Shown here: positions 1-12,307 of the stretch, one piece after another
Position numbering within the stretch: position 1 is the first letter of the stretch
Layout of the letters: each line of letters begins with the position of its first letter
Assembly: GCA_964397655.1 (NCBI GenBank)
Contig: CAYNKA010000002.1
Coordinates: 93,721 to 157,720, forward strand
DNA length: 64,000 bases
Source of the DNA: an uncultured Spirochaetaceae bacterium
Lineage (GTDB): Bacteria > Spirochaetota > Spirochaetia > DTKZ01
Direction of reading: 5' to 3'
Notes under the pieces: model-generated
Told to the model about the DNA's origin: nothing
Databases searched by the model: none
The model's input: only the letters and a program-made list of their open reading frames with translations
Program-made: the position numbers and the translations under genes

Positions 1-44
1 TCTCGTCGATCTGGGGATCGACATCATCACGGAGACTACGAAGC

Positions 45-1526
45 ATGAGTAACGGAAAAAAGAAGAGACGGATCTACATCATCGGAGCGGGTTTCGCGGG
101 TGCCGCGATTGCGCGGGAAATAAAAGCCAAGGGCATCCTCGGCGAGGTCGTAGCCTTTCTGGACGACGATCCCGCGAAGATCGGGACGCGCATCGAGGAC
201 GTACCGGTTCTCGGTCCGATCAAGGACGTTGCATCCCTCCTCGGACAGACGCCGGCGGACGAAGCCCTCATCGCAATGCCCGGCGCCTCCAGGGAAAAGC
301 TCAAGGAACTCTACCAGATCCTGAAGAAGGCCAACTTCGAGAAGATCCGCATCCTGCCCGGCATCTCGCAGATCGTGGAAGGGGACCCCCGACTGATCCA
401 GGCACGCGAGATCGACCCCCAAGACCTCCTCGCCCGCAGCCCCATCACCATCAACCTCACGAAGAGCCTCTCCTACCTCAGGGGGAAGCGCGTCCTCATA
501 ACCGGGGCCGGAGGAAGCATCGGAGGCGAACTCTCCCGGCAGCTCCTTTCCGGCGGCGCCGAACGGCTCTATCTCTTCGGCCACGGAGAGAACAGCATCT
601 ATGAGATCGACCGCGAGCTCCGCATCCTCCAGGAGGAGGGAGTCGGCGAGAAGGCGACCATAGTCCCGGTCATCGGCGACCTCCAGGACCGGGAATACAT
701 GAGATTCATCCTGAAGCGGCTCAAGGCGGACGTGATCTTCCACTGCGCGGCTTACAAGCACGTCCCCATGATGGAAGCGAACCCGGTGGAGGCCATCCAG
801 AACAACGTTTTCGGCACCAAGAACCTGGTGGACGCCTCGGTCGAGGCCGGATGCAGGAGGTTCGTCCTCATCTCCACGGACAAGACCGTGGATCCTGTGT
901 CGGTCTACGGGGTTTCCAAGAAGATGGCCGAGGAGATCGTGCTCGGGTCGCCCAACCACGACCTCTCCTTCATGGTCGTCCGCTTCGGCAACGTGCTCGG
1001 CTCCCGGGGGAGCATCGTTCCCCTTTTCCAGAGGCAGATCCTGAAGGGGGGACCCGTGACCATCACCCACCCCGAAACGAACCGCTTCTTCATGACCATC
1101 CCGGAAGCCGCCTCCCTCGTCCTCAAGGCGGGGGGCGTCGGCAAGGGCGGGACCCTCTACGTTCTCGACATGGGCGAACCCCTCCTCATCAAGGACCTCG
1201 CGGAGCAGATGATCAGGTTCTACGGCTTCGAGCCGGAAAAGGACATCCCCATCCACACCATCGGCCTTCGCCCCGGTGAGAAAATATCCGAGAGCCTGTG
1301 GGACTCGACCGAGAGCGTGGAGAAAACCGAATATCCGAAAATGAACCGCATCCAAAGGAACGGCAGCCCGATCAAGGATATGTCCGGCCTGCTGGAAAAG
1401 CTCCATCCAGTGTGTTTTTTCCATCCCGACAAGCCCGAAGTCTACCGGAACCGTCGGATCCTCCGGTCTCTTCTCCGGGCCGCGGTCCCCACTCTCGCCG
1501 AGGCGCCGAATGAACCGGAATACTGA
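45..1526 (+). CDS. Polysaccharide biosynthesis protein, CapD/PglF/WbpM-like NDP-sugar 4,6-dehydratase (soluble form, no N-terminal TM domain)
   Basis: Two Rossmann glycine motifs (IIGAGFAG and ITGAGGSIG) and a YxxxK active site (AAYKHV). The overall layout matches the long-form UDP-GlcNAc 4,6-dehydratase family. Confidence 0.8.
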   Translation: MSNGKKKRRIYIIGAGFAGAAIAREIKAKGILGEVVAFLDDDPAKIGTRIEDVPVLGPIKDVASLLGQTPADEALIAMPGASREKLKELYQILKKANFEKIRILPGISQIVEGDPRLIQAREIDPQDLLARSPITINLTKSLSYLRGKRVLITGAGGSIGGELSRQLLSGGAERLYLFGHGENSIYEIDRELRILQEEGVGEKATIVPVIGDLQDREYMRFILKRLKADVIFHCAAYKHVPMMEANPVEAIQNNVFGTKNLVDASVEAGCRRFVLISTDKTVDPVSVYGVSKKMAEEIVLGSPNHDLSFMVVRFGNVLGSRGSIVPLFQRQILKGGPVTITHPETNRFFMTIPEAASLVLKAGGVGKGGTLYVLDMGEPLLIKDLAEQMIRFYGFEPEKDIPIHTIGLRPGEKISESLWDSTESVEKTEYPKMNRIQRNGSPIKDMSGLLEKLHPVCFFHPDKPEVYRNRRILRSLLRAAVPTLAEAPNEPEY

Positions 1527-2706
1527 TTTCATCCCCTTCGCCCTCCCCGACCTCGGGCCGCGGGAGGAGGAAGCCGTACTCCGCGTCATGAGGAGCGGAT
1601 GGCTCACCACCGGAGGAGAAACAAAGGGCTTCGAGGAGGATTTCGCCCGTTATGCCGGTGTTCCTCACGCCCTCGCGGTGAATTCCGCGACCGCCGGACT
1701 CCATCTGGCTCTCGAAGCCCTCGGGGTCGGACCGGGGGACCGGGTCCTCACTACGCCCTACACCTTCACGGCGACCGCCGAAGTCGCCCGGTACCTGGGG
1801 GCCGACCCGCTGTTCGTGGACATCGAGAAGGACAGCTTCAACATCGATCCCGGACTCGTCGAGAAAGCGCTCGAACGCGATGGGAACAGGCCCGAGGGCG
1901 GAGGGCGTATAGCGGCGGTGATTCCCGTCCACGTGGGGGGCCACGTGGCGGACATGGAAAGGATCCTCGCCGCGGCGAAGGCCCGCGGGGTCCCGGTGGT
2001 GGAAGACGCGGCTCACGCCTTCCCGTCGCGGACCGCGAACGGCTTCGCCGGCGCGATGGGCGACATCGGCGTCTATTCGTTCTACGCGACCAAGACCATT
2101 ACCACGGGAGAAGGCGGTATGGTCGTGCTCGGCGATCCCGAGCTCGCACGCAGGATCGGCCTCATGAGACTCCACGGCATCGACCGCGAGATCTGGAACC
2201 GCTATACGGCGAAGAAGGCCTCCTGGGAATACGCGGTCGTCGAGGCCGGCTACAAGTACAACCTCACCGATCTCGCATCCGCGATCGGAAGGGTCCAGCT
2301 ATCCCGCGCCGAGGAATTCCTCGAAAAACGGCGTTCCATCGCGAAACGCTTCGACGAGGCCTTTCGGGAACGGGATTACCTCATCCTGCCCCCGGACGGG
2401 GAAGGGCACGCCCGGCACCTCTACCCCCTCCGGCTGGAACTCGGCAGGCTCTCCATAGGCAGGGACGAGTTCATCGAGAGGCTCTTCGAGCTCGGCATCG
2501 GCACCTCGGTGCACTACATCCCCCTCCATCTTCATCCCTACTGGAAGGGACGCTTCGGCCTCAAGCCGGAATCGTTTCCGGAGGCTCACCGGAAATTCAC
2601 CCAGGAAATAAGCCTGCCGATCTACACGACCTTGACCGCCGAAGGTGTTGAGCGGATAATTCAGGCAGTTCTTTCCGTGGGCGATTCCCACTACAGGAAG
2701 GCATGA
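1510..2706 (+). CDS. DegT/DnrJ/EryC1/StrS-family PLP-dependent sugar aminotransferase
   Basis: N-terminal motifs typical of ArnB/PglE/WbpE aminotransferases (FALPDLGPREEEAV, NSATAGLHLALEALG). Co-located with the sugar dehydratase gene upstream. Confidence 0.8.
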   Translation: MNRNTDFIPFALPDLGPREEEAVLRVMRSGWLTTGGETKGFEEDFARYAGVPHALAVNSATAGLHLALEALGVGPGDRVLTTPYTFTATAEVARYLGADPLFVDIEKDSFNIDPGLVEKALERDGNRPEGGGRIAAVIPVHVGGHVADMERILAAAKARGVPVVEDAAHAFPSRTANGFAGAMGDIGVYSFYATKTITTGEGGMVVLGDPELARRIGLMRLHGIDREIWNRYTAKKASWEYAVVEAGYKYNLTDLASAIGRVQLSRAEEFLEKRRSIAKRFDEAFRERDYLILPPDGEGHARHLYPLRLELGRLSIGRDEFIERLFELGIGTSVHYIPLHLHPYWKGRFGLKPESFPEAHRKFTQEISLPIYTTLTAEGVERIIQAVLSVGDSHYRKA

Positions 2707-4811
2707 GCGACGTCAAGAAAACCCTTCAAGGAAAAAGCGTCGTCATCCGCGACATCCGGGACGACGACGCGCTGTGCGTTTTCGTAAAACGATCGACCAT
2801 TTCGCGCGGACGCGTCCTTCGCGTCGTCCTGCCCGATCTTCCCGCCGGAGTCTTCGCCGTCAAGGCGGAGGACGTACCCGGAAAGAATTCGGTCACGGTG
2901 GACGGCGTGGACGTCCGGGTCCTGGCGTCCGACGAGATACGGTACTTCGGCGAACCCATCCTGCTCCTTGCAGGCAGGGACGAGGAAGAACTCGAAGCGC
3001 TCGCGGAAGACGTCGTCGTGGAATACGAGCAGGAGGAGCCCTATCTCTCCTTCGAAATGCCTCGCGAGGATCGCGTCGCGCGCAGCCGGGAAATAGAGAG
3101 GGGAAGACCCGATGCGGCCTTCAAGGAGGCCGAGAAGGTGGTCTCCGCGGAAGTCTCCACGGGAATCCAGGAACATTTCTACAGCGAACCTCACGCGGCC
3201 TACGCCGCATGGGAAAACGAGGTGTCGACGCTCAGGGTGACGTGCTCCACGCAGTGGCCGCATCACGTGCACAGGACCATAGCCGATGTCCTCGCCATCC
3301 CGAGCGAAATAGTCGCGGTCGTCGTGCCCGAGGAACCCGACCTCGCGCTGGACGGAAAGCTCTGGTATCCCTCCCTCATCGCGGCCCATGCCGCTCTCGT
3401 CGCCTGGGTCACGAAGAAGAACGTGAAGCTCGCCCCGGGCCGGGAGGAGGACTTCCTCTACTCGCCGAAGCGGGCGCCCGTCGATTTCAAATTGAGGGCG
3501 GGGCTCGACAGGGAAGGCAGGATCCTCGTTCTGGAAGCGGCGATCCTCGTCAACATGGGGGCCTACCCCATTTTCGCGGGAGAAATCCTGGACAGAACCG
3601 TTCTCGGCGTCCTCGGCGGCTACTCCTGCCCCAATCTCAGGATCAGGGCCCTCGCCCTCGTCACCGACCTGCCTCCGCTCGGGCCCTTTTCCGGCATGGG
3701 CGAGGCAGCGGGCCTCTTCGCCGCCGAGACCTTCTCGGAGAAGCTGCGCGAGGCAGCGGAGATTCCTCCGCTCGCGTGGAAGTCGAAAAACCTCATCTCG
3801 AAGGACAGGCCGGGAATCTTCGGGGAACCTTCGAAGCATTTCATTCCCGACCCGGCGATACTCGAACGGGCCTCCGCGATCTCCGATTTTTCGCGCAAGA
3901 ACGCGGTTTTCGAACTCGCGAAGAAGCGCAGGACGGCCGACCTTCCCGCGGTGGAAGCTCCGAGGGGCATAGGACTCGCGCTCGGCTTCCAGGGTTCCTG
4001 CTTCCTCGGGGGCCGGGAATTCGGCGAAAACGCCGGGGTCACCCTCCGCCTCGACACCGAGGGAAGGGTCCGACTCTCGGCGGCGGCCGTGCCAGGAAGC
4101 CGCTCACTCCACGAGATATGGAAGCGGATCGTCGGAGAATCCCTCGGCGTGCCGGAGGTCCGGATAGACCCCGTCGATACCATGGAGTCGGGGGATTTGG
4201 GGCCCTCCACCCTGTCCCGCAACATCACCCAGACTACGAAACTCATCGAGGACTGCTGCCAGCTCATCAAGAAGAAGCGTTTCCGCAGCCCACTCCCCCT
4301 GAGTGCGTCGAAGACGCTCCACGTCCCGCGGAATCCTTCCTGGGACGAGAAGAGCTTCATCGGTGACCCCTTCTTCGCCATGGCCTGGGCCGCGGCCGTG
4401 GTCGAGGTCCGATTCGACGTCTTGGGATCGGTCCACGCGATAACCGGCATCTGGATCGTCGCGGACGGCGGCTCGATCCTCGACGCTGCCGAAGCGCGCC
4501 GGACCATAGAGAGGGGCATCGGCCAGGCCCTGGGCTGGACGTTCCTGGAGAAGGTCTCATTCGAGGACGGCCGAATCCCGGAAAGCCAGGCGGCGAGCTA
4601 CCGCATCCCCTCCACTCAGGACGTGCCGACCCCGGTCGTGGAGTTCATCGGTTCCGGCGGGAAAAAACCGGTGAAGGGCATCGGAGACCTCGCCCTTTCG
4701 TGCGTCCCTGCGGCCTATGCCGCGGCCCTCTACCAGGCCACGGGAAGCCTGCCGTCGCGGATTCCCATTCCCTTCGACTTCGCGTCGAGGGGCGAGGAAG
4801 GCAAACCATGA
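2703..4811 (+). CDS. Xanthine dehydrogenase/aldehyde oxidase family molybdopterin-binding large subunit-like protein (short, possibly non-canonical)
   Basis: N-terminal a/b hammerhead-like region (VKAEDVPGKN ... IRYFGEPILLLAGRDEEELEALAEDVVVEYE). It is followed by genes for a 2Fe-2S subunit and an FAD subunit. No canonical GGGFGGK motif seen by eye. Confidence 0.55.
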   Translation: MSDVKKTLQGKSVVIRDIRDDDALCVFVKRSTISRGRVLRVVLPDLPAGVFAVKAEDVPGKNSVTVDGVDVRVLASDEIRYFGEPILLLAGRDEEELEALAEDVVVEYEQEEPYLSFEMPREDRVARSREIERGRPDAAFKEAEKVVSAEVSTGIQEHFYSEPHAAYAAWENEVSTLRVTCSTQWPHHVHRTIADVLAIPSEIVAVVVPEEPDLALDGKLWYPSLIAAHAALVAWVTKKNVKLAPGREEDFLYSPKRAPVDFKLRAGLDREGRILVLEAAILVNMGAYPIFAGEILDRTVLGVLGGYSCPNLRIRALALVTDLPPLGPFSGMGEAAGLFAAETFSEKLREAAEIPPLAWKSKNLISKDRPGIFGEPSKHFIPDPAILERASAISDFSRKNAVFELAKKRRTADLPAVEAPRGIGLALGFQGSCFLGGREFGENAGVTLRLDTEGRVRLSAAAVPGSRSLHEIWKRIVGESLGVPEVRIDPVDTMESGDLGPSTLSRNITQTTKLIEDCCQLIKKKRFRSPLPLSASKTLHVPRNPSWDEKSFIGDPFFAMAWAAAVVEVRFDVLGSVHAITGIWIVADGGSILDAAEARRTIERGIGQALGWTFLEKVSFEDGRIPESQAASYRIPSTQDVPTPVVEFIGSGGKKPVKGIGDLALSCVPAAYAAALYQATGSLPSRIPIPFDFASRGEEGKP

Positions 4812-5293
4812 GAGTGACCTTCACCCTGAACGGCACGGAGGTCGCGGCCGATGCTGCTCCCGGCAAGCGGCTTCTTTCCGTGCTTCGAGACGATTTCGAC
4901 CTGACGAGCCTGAAGGGCAGCTGTCTCCAAGGCCGTTGCGGACTCTGCTCGGTGCTCGTGGACGGGGATCTCGTGCCGTCCTGCATGGTCCCGGCATTCT
5001 CGGTCTTCAGGAGAAACGTGGTCACCATGGAGGGTTTCAGGAAGACGGAAGAATACCGCGACGTGGAGAGGGGGTTCCTTCAGGCGGGAGTGTCCCCCTG
5101 CGGGTCCTGCGCCTCGGCGAAGGTCCTGACCGCCCATGTCCTTCTGCTCGAGGACCCGAATCCCCAGGAGTCGGCGATCAGGAAGGCCTTCTCCGGCATC
5201 CGGTGCCGATGCACCGTCGCCTCGATCCTCGTGGAAGGCGTGAAGGCCGCCTCCAACATCAGGAGAATCCGGAGCCATGGCAGAAAAATATGA
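4808..5293 (+). CDS. [2Fe-2S]-binding small subunit of xanthine dehydrogenase/CO dehydrogenase family (CoxS-like)
   Basis: Plant-ferredoxin-like motif GSCLQGRCGLCSV, and a second cluster motif CGSC ... IRCRCT. The ATG at 4808 overlaps the upstream stop codon. Confidence 0.7.
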   Translation: MRVTFTLNGTEVAADAAPGKRLLSVLRDDFDLTSLKGSCLQGRCGLCSVLVDGDLVPSCMVPAFSVFRRNVVTMEGFRKTEEYRDVERGFLQAGVSPCGSCASAKVLTAHVLLLEDPNPQESAIRKAFSGIRCRCTVASILVEGVKAASNIRRIRSHGRKI

Positions 5294-6140
5294 ACTGACG
5301 AAGGTCTACTACCCGACCTCGCTGAACGACCTTCTCGCCCTCGCCCACTCGAAGCCGAAGGCCGTCGTCTTTTCGGGGGGGACCTACCTGCTCAGGAACC
5401 AGGGCTCGCGCTCATTCAGGCTGCCCGAAACAGTCATCGCGCTCCACACGGTCGAGGAACTCCGAAGAATCGGAAGAACCGAGGCGAGAATCGACGTGGG
5501 GGCGGCCGCGACCATCGAACACATCCTCAAGACAGGCAGGAAGATGCTGCCGAAGATCCTGGTCGACACCCTGGAAGGGATCGCTCCGCCGGGGCTCCGG
5601 GGCCTGGCGACGCTCGGGGGGAACGTCTGCGTCCGCGAGCGGTCCATGACGAGCCATGCGACGCTCCACATCCTCGACGCCCGTCTCGAATTCCGCCGTC
5701 CGTCGGGCGGCCGGTGGATCCCCGTGACGAGGATACGCACTCCGGAGGGAATTCTCGCGATCGAGCCGGGAGAAGTCCTCACCAGGATCAGGCTGCCGCT
5801 GGAACCCTGGAACGTGCAGTATTTCAGTCGGACGGGTTCGAGCCCCTACGCCGACGCCCCGGATTCGCTCTCCTTCTCCGCGGTCGCGCGTACCGGCCGC
5901 GGCATCGTCGGGGACGTCAGGTTCGCCGTGGCCTCCCACCTCCCGGTCATCTATCGCAACCGCGACCTGGAAACGACGATCATCGGCAGAAAGCTGCCCT
6001 TGAACCGCAAGGACATATCCGCCTTCCTCGCTCTCCTCGAAGCGAACATCGAGGACAATGGGTACGCTCTTTCCCCCGCCCAGACGGACAAAGCGGTCTT
6101 CCTCGTAAAATCCCTGCTCGAGGGGCTTCCCGCCGACTGA
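5277..6140 (+). CDS. FAD-binding medium subunit of xanthine dehydrogenase/CO dehydrogenase family (CoxM-like)
   Basis: FAD-binding PCMH-type N-terminus (VVFSGGTYLL). Positioned directly after the 2Fe-2S subunit gene. Confidence 0.65.
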   Translation: MAEKYELTKVYYPTSLNDLLALAHSKPKAVVFSGGTYLLRNQGSRSFRLPETVIALHTVEELRRIGRTEARIDVGAAATIEHILKTGRKMLPKILVDTLEGIAPPGLRGLATLGGNVCVRERSMTSHATLHILDARLEFRRPSGGRWIPVTRIRTPEGILAIEPGEVLTRIRLPLEPWNVQYFSRTGSSPYADAPDSLSFSAVARTGRGIVGDVRFAVASHLPVIYRNRDLETTIIGRKLPLNRKDISAFLALLEANIEDNGYALSPAQTDKAVFLVKSLLEGLPAD

Positions 6141-6215
6141 CGTCCGAATCCGGCGTCCCTTTTCCGAAAAGCCCGTCCCTTGGCAAAAAGCTGCCACATG
6201 GGTTAAGATTTCTCC

Positions 6216-9200
6216 GTGCCCGAATTCGTTCATCTCCACAACCACTCGGACTACAGTCTCCTCGACGGGGCGGCCTCCGTGGACAAGCTGGTGGCCAGGG
6301 CCGTCGAGCTCGGAATGAAGCATCTCGCCCTCACCGACCACGGAAACATGTTCGGCGCCCTGAAATTCTACCACACCTGCAGGAAGAACGGCGTCAATCC
6401 GCTCGTCGGCTGCGAATTCTACGTCGCGCCGAATTCCCGTCACATCAAGACGGGCACGGAATCGGGCAACAAATACCACCATCTCGTCATGATCGCGAAG
6501 AACGCCGTCGGGTACGCGAACCTCATCAGGCTCGTGTCCGCGAGCTACGTCGAGGGGTTCTACTACAAGCCGAGGATCGACGACGAGCTCATCCTGAAGC
6601 ACCACGAGGGGATCATCGCGAGCAGCGCCTGCCTCGCGGGCGAGATCCCCGGCCTCGTCGTCCAGAGGCAGGCCGACGCCGCGGCGAAAAAGGCGGGTTT
6701 CTATTCCGAGGTCTTCGGAAAGGGCAACTTCTATCTCGAACTCCAGGACCACGGGATCCCCGAGCAGAAGGTCGCGAACAGGGGCGTCGTCGAGATCGCG
6801 AAGCGCCTCGACCTCCCGCTCGTCGCCACCAACGACATCCACTACGTGAACCGCGACGACGCCCTCGCACAGGACATCCTCCTCTGCATAGGAACGGGGA
6901 AGAAGAAGAACGAAGAGCACCGCATGCGCTTCGACGCCCAGGAATTCTACCTGAAGACTCCCGAGGAGATGGCGAGGATCTTCGGCGAGATTCCCGACGC
7001 GCTGAGCCGCACCCTGGAAGTGGCGGAGAAATGCGATCTATCCATCGACCTTCCCGGCCCGCTCCTCCCGGACTACGAGATCCCGGAGGAATTCGCCACG
7101 CCCGAGGACTACCTCCGGCACATCGCGACGGAAGGCCTGAAGAGGCGCTACCCCGTGGTCACGAACGAACTCAGGGCACGGCTCGACTACGAACTGGACG
7201 TAATCATCAAGATGAATTTCACCGGGTACTTCCTCATCGTCTGGGACTTCATCAACTACGCCAAGGAGCACGGGATTCCGGTGGGCCCCGGCCGAGGCTC
7301 GGGCGCTGGATCTCTCGTCGCCTACTCCATGCGCATCACCGACATCGATCCCATCCGGTACAACCTGCTCTTCGAGCGCTTCCTCAACCCGGAACGGAAG
7401 TCCATGCCCGACTTCGACGTGGACTTCTGCCAGGAACGCCGGCAGGAGGTCATCGACTACGTCACCCGAAAGTACGGTAAGGACCGGGTCGGCCAGATCA
7501 TCACCTTCGGCACGCTCAAGGCGAAGGCCGTCATCAAGGACGTGGCGAGGGTCCTGGACATCCCCTTCGCCGAGGCGAACGACATCGCGAAGCTCGTCCC
7601 GGAAGATCCCAAGATGACGCTCAAGAAGGCATTCGAGGCGGAACCCAAGCTCCGGGAACTCGAGGGCAAGGGAGGCCTGTACCGGGAGCTCGTGGATACG
7701 AGCCGCAGGCTCGAGGGGCTTTCCCGCCACGCCTCCACGCACGCGGCGGGCATCGTCATCGGCAAGACCGAACTCACCGATTACGTCCCGCTCTACCGCG
7801 ACCCCAAGACCGGTGCCATCAACACCCAGTTCACCATGGAGCAGCTCGAGGAATGCGGTCTCGTCAAGATGGACTTCCTCGGCCTCAAGACGCTCACCCT
7901 CATCAAGAACACCGAGGACCTCATCAGGAAGCGCATCCCGGATTTCGACATGAACCGGATCCCCGACGACGACAAGGCAACCTACGACATGCTCGGCGAG
8001 GGAAGGAGCGCGTGCGTGTTCCAGTTCGAGAGCCAGGGCATGCAGGGAGTCCTCAAGCGTGCGAAGCCCGCTACCATCGAGGAACTCATAGCCTTGAACG
8101 CCCTGTACCGTCCGGGACCGATGGATTTCATAGACCAGTTCATCGACTCCAAGTGGGGAAGGACCCCCATCAAGTATCCGCTTCCCGAGCTCGAGCCAAT
8201 CCTGAAGGAGACCTATGGGGTCATCGTGTACCAGGAGCAGGTCATGCAGGTGGCCCAGAAGGTCGCAGGCTACAGCCTCGGCCAGGCCGACCTGCTCCGG
8301 AGGGCCATGGGCAAGAAGAAGCCCGAGATCCTCGCGAAGGAGGAGATCCCCTTCATCGAGGGGGCGGTCAAGCTGGGCTATTCCAAGGAAAAAGCGAAGG
8401 AGATCTTCGAGCTCCTCGTCCCCTTCGCCGGCTACGGCTTCAACAAGTCCCACGCGGCCGCCTACTCCGTGCTCGCCTATCAGACGGCCTACCTCAAGGC
8501 CAACTATCCCGCGGAGTTCATGGCGGCGAACCTCACGAACGAAATCTCCTCGCCCGACAAGCTCACGGAGTACATCGGGGTCACGAAGGAACTCGGGATC
8601 GAGCTCCTCCCCCCGGACATCAACCTTTCCGAGAAGTACTTCACGGTCGTGGACGGCAGGATCCTCTACGGCTTCATGGGGGTCAAGAACGTTGGAAGCG
8701 CCGCGGTGGACGAGATCCTCAGGGCCCGGAACGAGGGCGGCAAATTCTCCTCCTTCTTCGACTTCCTCGAACGCGTCGACCTCAAGACCATCAACCGCAA
8801 GGTGCTGGAAACCGGCGTCCAATGCGGGCTCTTCGATTCCCTGGAAAAGAACAGGGCGAAGCTCTTCGTGAACCTGGACAAGATGCTCGACTTCGCGATC
8901 CGGAAGAAGGAGAGCCGGAAATACGGCCAGGCATCCCTCTTCGACTCCTCGGGCGAAGTCGAGTTCAGGGAGCCGGTCCTCGAAGACACGCCGGACTGGC
9001 CGGAGCTCGAGCACCTCAAGAACGAGAAGGAGCTGCTCGGCTTCTATTTTTCCGGTCATCCCATGGACAAGTACCGGAAAATCTGGGAGAAGGCGGTCAC
9101 CCTCGACCTGTCCAAACCCGACCGGGCGAGCCCGGACAAATCCTACAACCTGATAGGCATGATCAAGAGCATCAGGACCATCTTCACGAAAAAAGGGACG

Positions 9201-9641
9201 AAGATGGCCTTCGCCCTGCTCGAGGATTTCAGGGGCGGCATCGAACTCGTCATCTTCACCGCCGCCTACGAGAAATACCAGTCGAAGCTCGTCGAGGACA
9301 CGGTGGTCGCGGTCACCGGCAAGGTGGACCTTTCGCGGGACGATCCGAAATTCCTCGTCGACGATTTCAAGGAGCCCGAAGCGCTCGACGCGAAGGAAAC
9401 GTCTGGCGAGGTTCACGTCAGGATCGCCGGAGACGTGCATCGCGAGGAGGATTTCTACCAGCTCCGGTCCTTCTTCGTCGGGCATCCCGGCCCCTGCTCG
9501 CTCTTCCTGCACATGGACGGAAAGGAAGGCGAACCGGAGCGGATCGTGAAGGCGTCGTCGCAGATATCGCTTTCCTCCAAGGACGAAATCCTGAAACGGA
9601 TCCTCGAGTACCCCTTCGTCGTGGAGGTTTGGAAGCAATGA
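6216..9641 (+). CDS. dnaE: DNA polymerase III alpha subunit
   Basis: PHP domain N-terminus (HLHNHSDYSLLDG), polymerase core motifs, and a length of 1141 aa. Uses a GTG start. Confidence 0.95.
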   Translation: MPEFVHLHNHSDYSLLDGAASVDKLVARAVELGMKHLALTDHGNMFGALKFYHTCRKNGVNPLVGCEFYVAPNSRHIKTGTESGNKYHHLVMIAKNAVGYANLIRLVSASYVEGFYYKPRIDDELILKHHEGIIASSACLAGEIPGLVVQRQADAAAKKAGFYSEVFGKGNFYLELQDHGIPEQKVANRGVVEIAKRLDLPLVATNDIHYVNRDDALAQDILLCIGTGKKKNEEHRMRFDAQEFYLKTPEEMARIFGEIPDALSRTLEVAEKCDLSIDLPGPLLPDYEIPEEFATPEDYLRHIATEGLKRRYPVVTNELRARLDYELDVIIKMNFTGYFLIVWDFINYAKEHGIPVGPGRGSGAGSLVAYSMRITDIDPIRYNLLFERFLNPERKSMPDFDVDFCQERRQEVIDYVTRKYGKDRVGQIITFGTLKAKAVIKDVARVLDIPFAEANDIAKLVPEDPKMTLKKAFEAEPKLRELEGKGGLYRELVDTSRRLEGLSRHASTHAAGIVIGKTELTDYVPLYRDPKTGAINTQFTMEQLEECGLVKMDFLGLKTLTLIKNTEDLIRKRIPDFDMNRIPDDDKATYDMLGEGRSACVFQFESQGMQGVLKRAKPATIEELIALNALYRPGPMDFIDQFIDSKWGRTPIKYPLPELEPILKETYGVIVYQEQVMQVAQKVAGYSLGQADLLRRAMGKKKPEILAKEEIPFIEGAVKLGYSKEKAKEIFELLVPFAGYGFNKSHAAAYSVLAYQTAYLKANYPAEFMAANLTNEISSPDKLTEYIGVTKELGIELLPPDINLSEKYFTVVDGRILYGFMGVKNVGSAAVDEILRARNEGGKFSSFFDFLERVDLKTINRKVLETGVQCGLFDSLEKNRAKLFVNLDKMLDFAIRKKESRKYGQASLFDSSGEVEFREPVLEDTPDWPELEHLKNEKELLGFYFSGHPMDKYRKIWEKAVTLDLSKPDRASPDKSYNLIGMIKSIRTIFTKKGTKMAFALLEDFRGGIELVIFTAAYEKYQSKLVEDTVVAVTGKVDLSRDDPKFLVDDFKEPEALDAKETSGEVHVRIAGDVHREEDFYQLRSFFVGHPGPCSLFLHMDGKEGEPERIVKASSQISLSSKDEILKRILEYPFVVEVWKQ

Positions 9642-9657
9642 AAAGAGAGGAAATCGC

Positions 9658-10251
9658 ATGATGAGCTTCGTATTACGACTCTTGAGCACGATGATCCTGC
9701 TGTACATCCTCGCCATCTTCGTCCGCATCATCCTGACGTGGTTCCAGGGGCCCTATCCGCAGGGCAGGCCGCTTTACCATCTCACGAGGATCACGGATCC
9801 CTATCTCAACTATTTCAAGAGGTTCACCTTCCTCCGCATCGGCCAATTCGACTTCTCGCCCGTTGCGGCCCTCATCCTGCTTTCCATGGTGAGCAACGTC
9901 CTCCAGTCCCTCGCCCTGTACGGGAAGATCACCATCGGCATCATCCTCGCCCTGCTCGTTTCGATGGTCTGGTCCGCGATCGCCTTCTTCCTCGTCCTGT
10001 TCCTCGTTCTGATCGTCGCGAGGATCGTCGGGATGCTCGCGGGAGCGAATTACACGAGCCCGCTCTGGCGCACGCTGGACCTCATCCTGAATCCGGTCCT
10101 CATTCCGGTGTCGAAATTCTTCATGGGCGGGAAAACCACCACGTACCTGAAGGGACTCCTCATCGGCGGCGCCGCCTTCCTGGGCCTCAGGATCCTGGGC
10201 GGCTTCATCGTAGACCGAATCACGGCGATTCTCGAGCGGCTTCCCTTCTGA
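9658..10251 (+). CDS. YggT-family integral membrane protein
   Basis: Several hydrophobic helices and a repeated YggT-like segment architecture. About 197 aa. Confidence 0.5.
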   Translation: MMSFVLRLLSTMILLYILAIFVRIILTWFQGPYPQGRPLYHLTRITDPYLNYFKRFTFLRIGQFDFSPVAALILLSMVSNVLQSLALYGKITIGIILALLVSMVWSAIAFFLVLFLVLIVARIVGMLAGANYTSPLWRTLDLILNPVLIPVSKFFMGGKTTTYLKGLLIGGAAFLGLRILGGFIVDRITAILERLPF

Positions 10252-10255
10252 CGCC

Positions 10256-12303
<2,048 letters not shown>

Positions 12304-12307
<4 letters not shown>

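Noticed and set aside
36-1610. 524-aa minus-strand ORF antisense to the sugar dehydratase gene
   Set aside because: It is an Asp/Gly/Arg-rich, low-complexity translation of the opposite strand of a well-supported plus-strand gene, a typical high-GC artefact. The same applies to 2691..3839(-), 5412..6920(-), 7038..9731(-), 10220..11095(-), 11285..12259(-), 12894..13670(-), 16161..16727(-), 20776..22083(-), 22383..23366(-), 42013..43251(-), 43730..44542(-), 46516..48051(-), 48082..49467(-), 51338..52804(-), 53593..55035(-) and 60472..61965 (the portion in the other frame).
1599-2651. Arg/Pro/Gly-rich alternate-frame ORFs on the plus strand (also 2774..4366, 5714..7480, 7853..9661, 8215..8871, 9738..10589, 16957..17766, 22211..23278, 23333..24484, 42657..43697, 46012..46533 portion, 48129..50756, 50551..52470, 54234..55151)
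   Set aside because: These are out-of-frame overlaps of confidently assigned genes. Their composition is dominated by R, P and G, as expected from GC-rich third positions read in the wrong frame.
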